64,000 bases of DNA from an uncultured cyanobacterium (GTDB taxonomy: Bacteria; Cyanobacteriota; Cyanobacteriia; CAKZMO01), in assembly GCA_963719515.1 (NCBI GenBank), contig CAVRCJ010000013.1:1-64000 (forward strand). Reading direction: 5' to 3'. The position numbers and the translations under genes were made by a program. Positions 41,694 through 50,315 of the stretch are shown piece after piece (position 1 is the first letter of the stretch; each line of letters opens with the position of its first letter). A model generated the notes under the pieces. The model was given only the letters and a program-made list of their open reading frames with translations, was not told the DNA's origin and ran no database searches.

Positions 41694-42095
41694 ATGGGAC
41701 GATTTGAAATCTACATAGACGGAGATGTCGCTGGTTCATACCTTAAGCAAGGTAGTGCAGCTAGAGATAAGGACCACACTGTTGCATCCATAGGCGTCAA
41801 TGTTGTGAGGGATGTCAGTACTCCCACTGTCATGCAGCTCATCAATCGCTTCCAAATGGTGGAAGGCATGACGGACGCTGATAAAGACAATTCTGGCAAA
41901 TCTCATCCTCATATTCTCTTCAAGAATGGGATGGCGATCCGCACTTGGAAGAATATGTTGGGAGTCGAGCACGTCTTCATTACTGATCGCTCTGGAACGT
42001 GTGTGTACGGCGGCTACGTGGGATGGCTGCACTCAAAACAGTTGCAAGACGCCCTTCAGTCTAGGCGTGACGACTTGAAAGAGTATATTGCTTGA
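41694..42095 (+). CDS. Hypothetical protein, lower GC
   Basis: 133-aa ORF with globular composition and no family recognised. Confidence 0.6.
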   Translation: MGRFEIYIDGDVAGSYLKQGSAARDKDHTVASIGVNVVRDVSTPTVMQLINRFQMVEGMTDADKDNSGKSHPHILFKNGMAIRTWKNMLGVEHVFITDRSGTCVYGGYVGWLHSKQLQDALQSRRDDLKEYIA

Positions 42096-42582
42096 GCCAG
42101 CTAGACAGCGCTCATTCTACTGTGAGAGCGCTGTTGCCGGTTGATGCTGCGTTTTGCCCTTTCACCTGCTGAGCTATGTCACGACTATATATGTCACGAC
42201 TATAAGTAACACCGACTAACGACAGAGCGATCTAATCCGTAGCAGGGTTTGGGGCGCTGCGAACTGTGCCGCCTCAGGGGGCAGCGAGTGATATTGAGTT
42301 GTCATGAGGGACTCCTTTTATCGGTTGATTTGGAGTCCTCCACCGACCGGCCATCCGCGACGTTTGCTGGGGTGAATAATGACGGCCATAACACAACTTC
42401 AGCTGAGGTAGAAGGCATGACTCAGCGAGTAAACAATGTAGTCTTCGGAAGATCTGATTGGTCAACAACGGAAATACGGTGCTTATAGGTAAATCAAGTA
42501 GCGTTGTAAATACCGTTCATACCTAACGGCTGCAATAGAACATAGCCATCAGCTAACTTATTTTTTGGCCACGCCTTTCGCC

Positions 42583-43752
42583 TCAAACAGTGTCAAACTG
42601 CTGCCTCAGCTTCTGACAGTCTACTTTGCATTCTCGCAGAACGCGCATGGCCATACCACCACCCGTCTCGCCTTCTTGCAAAATGCCGAGCAGCAGATGC
42701 TGTGGGGTCATCCGTCTGTGGTCTTGCTGTTTTGCCTGTTTATTAGCGAGCTCCAGTACCCGGTATGCACGGGGCGTAAAAGGAATTTCTGCGGGAATAT
42801 CCTCAGCGGTGACGATGCATTGAGCCAACCAGTTGCGGAATAGGTCTTGTGCAATAGCAAAGTCTACGCCTTGGTCTTTTAGCGCCTGTGCCGCCGGGGT
42901 TGTTTCGATAGATAACAGTCCTAAAAGTAATCCTTCTGTGCCAAACCAATTGAGGTACAGCTCCCGCATGCTTTTCTGGCCTTGAACCAGCGCTTCACGC
43001 GTTTCGGGGGCCAGGTCATCCAATGAAAGTCCGATCATCTCTTCCCGTACTGACAGTAGCGCCACCGCCTTGAGAATATATTCCAGCGTGGGGGCATTCA
43101 ATGTGCCCCAGCTAGCGGCTTCAGCGCCCTCCTGCTGATAAATTCTGATGAGGGCTTCATAGAGTTGCAGGTCACCACTGACAAATGACAGGATACTGGC
43201 ACGCCACTGCCGTGCCATTTCCTGCACCTTTGGATCATTGAAATCATGACCATAGGTGATGTGCGATCGCGCCTGTTCTAGTAACTGTAGCCACTCGGCC
43301 TGCCCCTGATTCAATCGGGATTCGAGCAAATCGTTTTGTTCTTGGGTCAAATATTGCTGAGTCATTGTGAGGTTCTCCATTATCTGCATGAGGTCGTCAA
43401 CCGCAATGGGTTGGGAAGTTTGGAGTTGTTGGGCCAGAGTGCTGAGCTTAGTAAAGAGCGACTGCGACACGGCCATCTGCTCTTGGAGTTGCGCCAAATG
43501 TAGACTGATGACGCTCGGCAGAGAGAATTCGGGATTCTCCAAACACTGACGAATTTCCTTGAGGGCAAAGCCCAACTGTCGCAACGACAGAATTTGCTGG
43601 AGTCGTGCAATGTCTGCTCCGCTATACAGTCGATACTCCGCCTCAGTGCGGTGCGAGGGCACCAGCAAACCAATCTCGTGGTAGTACCGCAAGGTCCGAA
43701 TAGATAGTCCAGTCCGTTCTGCCAACTCCCCGATCTGCAACAGCTTTGGCAT
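42583..43752 (-). CDS. MerR-family regulator with a TipAS-like middle domain and a C-terminal Clp_N double repeat
   Basis: IGELAERTGLSIRTLRYY..GLL, DPKVQEMARQW, FGTEGLLLGLL, IPFTPRAYRVLELA..HLLLGIL. Confidence 0.88.
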   Translation of the reverse strand: MPKLLQIGELAERTGLSIRTLRYYHEIGLLVPSHRTEAEYRLYSGADIARLQQILSLRQLGFALKEIRQCLENPEFSLPSVISLHLAQLQEQMAVSQSLFTKLSTLAQQLQTSQPIAVDDLMQIMENLTMTQQYLTQEQNDLLESRLNQGQAEWLQLLEQARSHITYGHDFNDPKVQEMARQWRASILSFVSGDLQLYEALIRIYQQEGAEAASWGTLNAPTLEYILKAVALLSVREEMIGLSLDDLAPETREALVQGQKSMRELYLNWFGTEGLLLGLLSIETTPAAQALKDQGVDFAIAQDLFRNWLAQCIVTAEDIPAEIPFTPRAYRVLELANKQAKQQDHRRMTPQHLLLGILQEGETGGGMAMRVLRECKVDCQKLRQQFDTV

Positions 43753-43799
43753 AGGTTGCTTCAACTCCGATTTCCCAGAAGATTGCCGTCGATGACTGA

Positions 43800-43830
43800 A
43801 TACTAAAGGATGACGTAACGTGAGACTCAA
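43800..43830 (-). promoter_or_regulatory. MerR/TipA-type promoter-operator
   Basis: TTGAGT, 19-bp spacer containing the dyad tcacgt-t-acgtca, then TAGTAT, about 48 bp upstream of the ATG. Confidence 0.75.
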
Positions 43831-44090
43831 GGGGAAATTAGAGGATTTAGATGCGGCGAGTCGGCTAACACTGCGCTGGTACGGACGGCCTCAAGACTTT
43901 GATTTACGAAGCTAAGCCTACTGACCGCCGCACAACTTCACCGTCAGTAGATCTCAAAGAAGCAAGTTATGGAGATAGCAAAAAATATTACCCTAGCGAT
44001 CGCCACCTTGATACGGATTTCTAGATATTCAGGATAGGGGCCGCTATCGAAGAATAGAGTATGGCTACTTTACCTTGATGCAGATAGGGC

Positions 44091-44480
44091 TTGGACCAGA
44101 CAAGCGTGCGGATAACACAGCTGAGCCTGCCAAAAATAGCCTCGATCGCGGTCGCTCTCACTTTCTCAGCCGGGTTTGTGACCCTGGCGCAGGCCAACTG
44201 CAGTGACCCCGCAAGCAGCCCAGAGTGGCACGAGCCTATGGTCACTGTTCCGATTGCCCCGGCCGCCGAGCGCTCAGTTCGGCTAGGCTTTTGGAACTCA
44301 GTCGGCTATGAGCAAAGTGACTGGTGGATCGCTTGGGTTCCCGAACAGGGCTACTTTGAGATTAACCCGGAGAAGTATGAGGCCGCTCGCCCAGAGCGAT
44401 ACTGGCAAGTCGCTGATCGCAGCTACCCCGACGTTGTGGTGAGGGAAGACGGCACCCAACTGGCGGAAAAGCACTTCTGA
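44091..44480 (+). CDS. Hypothetical exported protein
   Basis: Signal-peptide-like segment ending AQA and a Trp-rich mature part. Start uncertain. Confidence 0.5.
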   Translation: MDQTSVRITQLSLPKIASIAVALTFSAGFVTLAQANCSDPASSPEWHEPMVTVPIAPAAERSVRLGFWNSVGYEQSDWWIAWVPEQGYFEINPEKYEAARPERYWQVADRSYPDVVVREDGTQLAEKHF

Positions 44481-44579
44481 GTCAGGAACATGCCGCTGAG
44501 GTCGCGACCTCGCTAGCGCAAACAGTGATAGCGCTTCGGGAGGGAGCTGACCTACGGCTTCGGCTGTGCCGTAAGACCA

Positions 44580-45029
44580 TCACTGAGATACAGCTGGGCT
44601 CACCTGGGCTTGCTCACAAGCAAAGCTTAAAACGGCTGCTGCGCTACTGCCCGGCTGAGGTTGCGCTAACTGACCGGCATCCCCGTAATTAATACGCTCA
44701 ATTACCTGCCGCTCCTCATTGCGAACAATAACTTGCCTGAGCCGAGAAATCCCGCTAGCGCAGTCAGCAGAACGATACAGGGTTGCACTATGTACCGGCT
44801 GCTCCAATTCATCCTCGACTATGGCATTGTTTGGCTGAGGAAAATCGCGGTGTTCCCAATACCACACAGTGCCATCTCTAAGCTCAATAGAATTACGCTC
44901 TATCATGAAGCGATCGCCCGCCGTATTGTACGTTACCTCTACCCAATCTTCTTCAGCAGATTGAGCCAGTGCAATAGGCGTGCTGATAACAGGAACAATC
45001 GCGGCCAAACCAACAAGCCAAGTTTTCAT
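44580..45029 (-). CDS. Exported protein, surface-adhesin-E-like
   Basis: Signal peptide, W..V...F.I...SI, VWYW, DC..C pair. Confidence 0.68.
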   Translation of the reverse strand: MKTWLVGLAAIVPVISTPIALAQSAEEDWVEVTYNTAGDRFMIERNSIELRDGTVWYWEHRDFPQPNNAIVEDELEQPVHSATLYRSADCASGISRLRQVIVRNEERQVIERINYGDAGQLAQPQPGSSAAAVLSFACEQAQVSPAVSQ

Positions 45030-45134
45030 AAGTCGAGTTTTCACAAGCAAAATATAGCGGTATTTACGTCAGTTAAGTCCGCGCAGTCCCAAGAATCAGG
45101 GGTCACTTGCGGAAGCTGAGAAGACAAGCTGAGA

Positions 45135-45824
45135 TTAGGGCTCAGAGGTCTCTTCAGATGTGTCCGTACGATACTGCTCAACGTTTTGAATGGCTTGCTG
45201 AGCGTAGGTGTTGTTGGGGCGTTCATCCAATGCCCGCTGAAAAAAAAGCAGCGCGGTCTCATAGTCGCGCTGATCTGTTGCCTCGTACCCCGCCACCATG
45301 TAGCGATCGAACTCCGATGACTGAGAGGCCTCGGTCGCAGGTGCAGAAGGCTGGGGCGCAGTCGCAGTCGCCCCTTGCTGGTCTTCATAGGCGCTCACGA
45401 CCGTCTGAATATAGTCTGCAATTTCAGGACTGTTGTACTGGGACGCGTCACCCCGCATCCACCAGGCAGCAGAGCGACGCACCGCTAATAGTTCGTCGTT
45501 ATTGCTAGCGCTATACTCGTCCTGCATGACGTCCTGCATCACACAGGTCACAACCGAACGAGCCGCGTCTGGGTCGGCCTCAAACTCTGTTGGCGAGAGA
45601 TCTCTACCGATGCACGAGCTAGACCAGCGAGGGATGTTTCCCGGCATAACCTGCCAAGCACTATAGAGTCCGTCGTCCGCACGCCCCGTCTGAGGGGCAG
45701 CCCTGCGCAGCGCTTCAACCAGTGCTGCAACTTGGCTCTCTGAAACTTGCGCCTGAGCTGGTAGCGTTACGGCTGTCAGGAGAGCGCCAACGCTGATGAT
45801 TAGTTTGACGATAGATCCTCGCAT
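45135..45824 (-). CDS. Exported hypothetical protein with a C-terminal TPR
   Basis: Signal peptide, VEALRRAAP..DDGLYSAWQV, YMVAGY..DYETALLFFQRAL. Confidence 0.75.
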   Translation of the reverse strand: MRGSIVKLIISVGALLTAVTLPAQAQVSESQVAALVEALRRAAPQTGRADDGLYSAWQVMPGNIPRWSSSCIGRDLSPTEFEADPDAARSVVTCVMQDVMQDEYSASNNDELLAVRRSAAWWMRGDASQYNSPEIADYIQTVVSAYEDQQGATATAPQPSAPATEASQSSEFDRYMVAGYEATDQRDYETALLFFQRALDERPNNTYAQQAIQNVEQYRTDTSEETSEP

Positions 45825-46499
45825 GGCCGTCATCCATCCCAACTCGATTGAGAGTTCTGTAAGTAACTGGGCAATGCTCACTATGATACATAGGAAATCC
45901 TAACTTTGACTTTAGGGGCGTGCTAGCACACTGAATCACGCCTCTAAAGCGCTTAGAGGGCAGGGGGGGCGCTTAAAATGCGGGACGATGAATGCAGATT
46001 TATTATCAGCTAGAAGCGATGATAAGTTGAGGGCTGCGAGCAAATGTCACCCTTGCAGGGAGTTTAAATGGTTGATAATCGGTTAGTTTTTTACCTAAAA
46101 GAGGAACCGGTTGGCCTATTTGATAGGACAAGCCTACCCAGCACAATCGGGCCGCTTTGAGTATTCCCCCTATCGCGGGACCGGACATGCACGTTTGGTC
46201 GAGATTCTTAACCGAAATGAAGTTGCTGAATGTTGGTTTGTTCAGCAAGGAAAACCTGTACGATTCGAAGTTTCTCAAGAAGATTTCACTCAGGGGCAGT
46301 CTGATTCAGGGTGCCCCTGGTATATTCACGTATCGCAGCTGAAATGTTGAAAAGATTTTGCAATAGGTGGACCGGAACGTTCTGCGGCCTATCAATAGGT
46401 TTTAGGTGAGGGAGGAGGCGATCGCTTCCCGAAAAAACGGCGAAGGAAAGCGCCAAATTTGAAAATCTTTGAGTGGAAGAGCAATTTGCTAATGCTGAA

Positions 46500-46891
46500 G
46501 GGTTGTTTTACCGTCCGATTTCGCGGTTGCAGAAGCCTTCGTCTGACCGCAAAGACTGCTCCAAGATTCCCCCGCTCCCCAACTCGATCGACACTCGCGC
46601 CGTCTCGGAAGCGTTTTGGGCGGGCCGCCCGATGCGGCCCCAGCCCTCTCCCGGCAGGCGTCTGCGATTAACTACATTAAACCGGGTTTGCCGCCAGCAC
46701 CGCTGGTGTATGCCGGACGTGACCATGTGGTAGAGGCTAGGTATGGTCGTCATCTCTACGAGCAGCTTGAAGCCGCTGGCAATCAGGCTGTTTTCCTTAA
46801 AATTCCTTGGGCTGACCATGCTTTTGATGCGGTGTTCAACGGCGTTAGTGATCAGCTGGCGCTGTACTATACGGAGCGCTTTCTTGCCTAG
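46500..46891 (+). pseudogene. C-terminal fragment of an alpha/beta hydrolase (esterase/lipase)
   Basis: GGPPD..AS.INY..PP..VYAGRDHVV..PWADHAFD. Upstream part in another frame and N-terminus absent. Confidence 0.72.
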
Positions 46892-47089
46892 GCGCTGAAG
46901 TCGGCCTAAACTACTACATTGGTACTGTTGCCGGGGGGGCCGCGGTGATGAGATGCTCAACTGCCAGATAACGCCGCTATGTAGAACATCTGACAAAAGT
47001 GACGGATAACAAACACCCTTAGATCCTTAGTTAGCTGGCATGGGCGAAAGCCCTGAAAGCAAAAGCGAAGCAACACACTGAGGAAAACA

Positions 47090-47508
47090 ATGACTGATAC
47101 TGATATTGACACGGCTTGTCAGCTGCTTAAAAAATTGACTACCGACCGATGAATAGGCTAAACCGTCCAGCGAATGCTGAAGTTCAGGCCGCACTAAAAG
47201 CTGTGGCCCAGAAGTCAGAATTTCAGATTTTTGGCGTTTGTGCAGGCAGTCTAGGCGAAGGCGTGGCTGCCCTGGAGGGCTATACTCAGGCGCTTGGATA
47301 TGAGCTCCCCCAGGATTTGACGTTCGGTGCCGTGGAAGGGGCAGCCTACATCAAGTTCAATCCTAAATCGGGCTTGCTATACGCTGACAGTTACTCAGGA
47401 GACCATTACTCAGGAGAGCACAGAGGGGTCTTGGTATTGTGTCAATCGGTCCATGACGATGGACCGATTGAAATGTATGGTCATCTACCGCTGGATTTGT
47501 TCTCTTGA
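47090..47508 (+). pseudogene. DUF1824 family protein, frameshifted near the 5' end
   Basis: QIFGVCA, YIKFN, RGVLV, YGHLPLDLF. The RBS plus ATG at 47090 is out of frame by one base at aaaaaaattg (47129-47138). Confidence 0.65.
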
Positions 47509-47655
47509 TCGCTGCCGCTGCCTCTTGCGAAATTTGGACTTCTATTGGCGAGGGTTGGAAGGTCGATCTGCTAGTGATTGCCAAATTGATACCGATCCCA
47601 ATCACTCCCGACGGCCAGACAACTACACTACCGACATGAGAATTAGAGACTGGTT

Positions 47656-48138
47656 ATGGTAAACGAAATAGAGTTCCAGTATTTACGCCGTTGCGTAGAG
47701 CTTGCAGCAGAAGCCCTGAAGGCGGGCGATGAGCCGTTCGGCTCTGTGCTCGTCGCCGCGGACGGGACTGTCCTCATGGAAGACCACAACCGGGTGTCGT
47801 CCGGTGATCAGACTCGCCATCCTGAGTTCGAGATCGCGCGCTGGGCTGCAGCAAATATGAGTTCGGAGGAGAGAGCAGGCGCAACCGTTTACACCTCCGG
47901 TGAACATTGCCCAATGTGTGCTGCAGCGCATGGGTGGGTTAGGCTAGGCCGCATCGTGTATGTGAGCTCCTCCAAGCAATTGTCAGCCTGGCTAGCCGAT
48001 CTCGGAGTTCCAGCCCCGCCTGTACAAACGCTGCCCATTCGAGAAGTGGTGCCTGATCTGTTGGTGGAGGGTCCCATCCCCGGTCTTGCCGAGCAGGTAC
48101 ACGACCTACATCGTCGTTTCCACAGCCCAGCCAAATAG
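47656..48138 (+). CDS. Zn-dependent nucleoside/nucleobase deaminase (CDA fold)
   Basis: PFGSV, HPE, EHCPMC. Confidence 0.9.
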   Translation: MVNEIEFQYLRRCVELAAEALKAGDEPFGSVLVAADGTVLMEDHNRVSSGDQTRHPEFEIARWAAANMSSEERAGATVYTSGEHCPMCAAAHGWVRLGRIVYVSSSKQLSAWLADLGVPAPPVQTLPIREVVPDLLVEGPIPGLAEQVHDLHRRFHSPAK

Positions 48139-48264
48139 CGATCGCGGTATCGTCGCAATGCAAAAGAGCGATGAGCCGCCTAACAGCTCGCTGCATTGGA
48201 CCTCGCCTGTGCGCTGCTTCGACATGCCAGTGAGCTCAATATCTATTGCGAGAGAGAATTTTTG

Positions 48265-49494
48265 ATGCAATTAGATTCAAGATTTATAAGACGCCAATTT
48301 CCTGCCTTTGAAGAGCCGTCACTAAAGGAGTGCGCCTTTTTTGAAAATGCAGGAGGCTCCTATACCTGCAGGCAGGTGATTTCTCGCCTGAATGACTACT
48401 ACACAAAGACCAAGGTTCAGCCCTACTACAACTACCCGACATCGCAAAAAGCGGGTGCGGCAATGGATGAGGCCTACAGTCGCCTGGCGGCGTATCTCAA
48501 CGTCGGTGAAGACGAAATTCACTTTGGTCCATCGACTACCCAGAACTTCTACGTTTTGGCCCAGGCCTTCCGGGAGCTGTGGCAAGATGGCGATGAAATC
48601 ATCCTGTCCAACCAAGACCATGAGGCCAACGCTGGATTTTGGAGACGCCTTGAGCAAACGGGCATCGTAGTCAAGGAATGGCGCGTTGACCCTCAGTCAG
48701 GGCGGTTGAATCCGGATGACTTGGACACTCTGCTGTCCAGTAAGACCAAGCTGCTGGCATTCCCCCACTGCTCCAACGTTATTGGCCATATCAACCCGGT
48801 GGCTGAAATCGCGGCAAAGGCAAAGGCTGCTGGTGCCTATGTCGTTGTGGATGGGGTAGCCTATGCGCCCCATGGGCTGCCGGATATTGAAGCGCTAGGG
48901 GCGGATATCTATTTGTTTTCCCTTTATAAGACCTGGGGAACGCATCTTGGCATGATGACAATCAAGAAAGAGGTTATGGATGAGCTGCCCAACCAGGGCC
49001 ACTTCTTCCATGAAAATAATGCTCGGAAAAAGATGGTTCCAGCTGGCCCGGACCACGCCCAAATCGCTGCTGCTGCCGGCGTAGCCGAGTATCTTGATGC
49101 CGTCTATGAGCATCACTACGCTGAAGCGGTGGATCAGGCGGAAAAGGGACGGCGTGTTAAAAAGCTATTCCAAAAGCACGAGAGAGGGCTGCTGACACAG
49201 CTGCTGGACTGGCTGCGATCGCGCGATGATGTTCGTATTGTTGGCCCCGATGATCCAGAGTCGCGAGTATCAACCGTGTCCGTCATACCCAAAGCAAAAC
49301 CAGTTGATGAGGTCTTTGCGGCACTGACGGCAAAGAAGCTGATGATAGGGCAGGGAAATTTCTACGGCGTTCGCCCGCTGAAGGGAATGAATATTCCCCT
49401 GGATACGGGGGTTATACGGTTTTCGTTCCTCCACTACACAACCGAGGCTGAAATCGACCAGCTGATTGACGGGCTTTCTACGGCCCTTCGCTAA
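48265..49494 (+). CDS. Class-V PLP enzyme (cysteine desulfurase-like, no catalytic Cys loop)
   Basis: ENAGGS, DHEAN, VDGVAYAPH, SLYK (PLP Lys), GNFY, RFSFLHY. Confidence 0.88.
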   Translation: MQLDSRFIRRQFPAFEEPSLKECAFFENAGGSYTCRQVISRLNDYYTKTKVQPYYNYPTSQKAGAAMDEAYSRLAAYLNVGEDEIHFGPSTTQNFYVLAQAFRELWQDGDEIILSNQDHEANAGFWRRLEQTGIVVKEWRVDPQSGRLNPDDLDTLLSSKTKLLAFPHCSNVIGHINPVAEIAAKAKAAGAYVVVDGVAYAPHGLPDIEALGADIYLFSLYKTWGTHLGMMTIKKEVMDELPNQGHFFHENNARKKMVPAGPDHAQIAAAAGVAEYLDAVYEHHYAEAVDQAEKGRRVKKLFQKHERGLLTQLLDWLRSRDDVRIVGPDDPESRVSTVSVIPKAKPVDEVFAALTAKKLMIGQGNFYGVRPLKGMNIPLDTGVIRFSFLHYTTEAEIDQLIDGLSTALR

Positions 49495-49649
49495 GGGGGC
49501 TTCCTAGACTTTGACTCAAAGCGTGGGTTCGAGGGTGGTTGGGCGATCGCCTCTTCCACGGTCAGGTGCCGCTGGCCAAATTTGCGTCCGGTAATGCTAA
49601 GGACCTTCGCCAGCGGCATCTGCTAGGGGGGGACTAAGACGCGGAGAGA

Positions 49650-49934
49650 CTATCCCATAGGCACGTCTAACGAACGCTGTCGCACGAGGTAGCTCAGGAC
49701 TTGCCCTTCCTTTTGGGTAATCCTAACGCCGCCCTCGCCGATGTCGATCAGCTGGGTCCAAAGGCTCTGTTCGACGTAGCGCTTGTTGTGCAGCAGATGG
49801 ATGGTCTCGCGGACGCCTGCGGGGGAGCCGATGATGATGTGGCGGATGATTTCGCCATTGGGTCCAGGATCGGGGGTAGTCAGCACGGTGGGTGCGGCCT
49901 CGGTGGGAGGCAGCTCAGGGTATAGAAATGTCAT
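49650..49934 (-). CDS. Small cyanobacterial hypothetical protein
   Basis: RHIIIGSP.GV..TIHLLH..YVE..W motif. GGAG RBS. Confidence 0.68.
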   Translation of the reverse strand: MTFLYPELPPTEAAPTVLTTPDPGPNGEIIRHIIIGSPAGVRETIHLLHNKRYVEQSLWTQLIDIGEGGVRITQKEGQVLSYLVRQRSLDVPMG

Positions 49935-50315
49935 GGTTTTTCTCCATTAAGTGGCAAAAAACCAAAAACTTGGCCATCCCGGACTATGGCGTGTCTAGGA
50001 TGGCCTTTTGCCAGTGAAATACAATGACAAAAGTCCAAGACAGGATACGTCTGTCGCGGGCTAGGGCGCGATCGCCACCGAGAATGGCGATCGCGTCCGC
50101 TGTTGACCAAATTTTTGGGGAGTAGAGCGCTACAGCGAACGGCTCTAGATGGAGAGAATAGCGCATTGAGGGGTAGTACGCAAGCCCTCAATTGAAGCGC
50201 TGGAGTTCTTACTGCAGCGTTCAGGGTTTGGAGCATGGACGTTCAGGGTTATTCGGTATCGAGCCCACAGCGCTATAGTTTGGGTGGTTGCTCCCCAGCT
50301 AACTCAGGAGGGTCT

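Noticed and set aside
42176..42204. Two-copy repeat atgtcacgactata
   Set aside because: A local tandem duplication with no array or associated gene.
46006..46350. Short ORFs in an AT-rich spacer
   Set aside because: Overlapping 61-90 aa frames with no recognisable motif. I cannot support a call.
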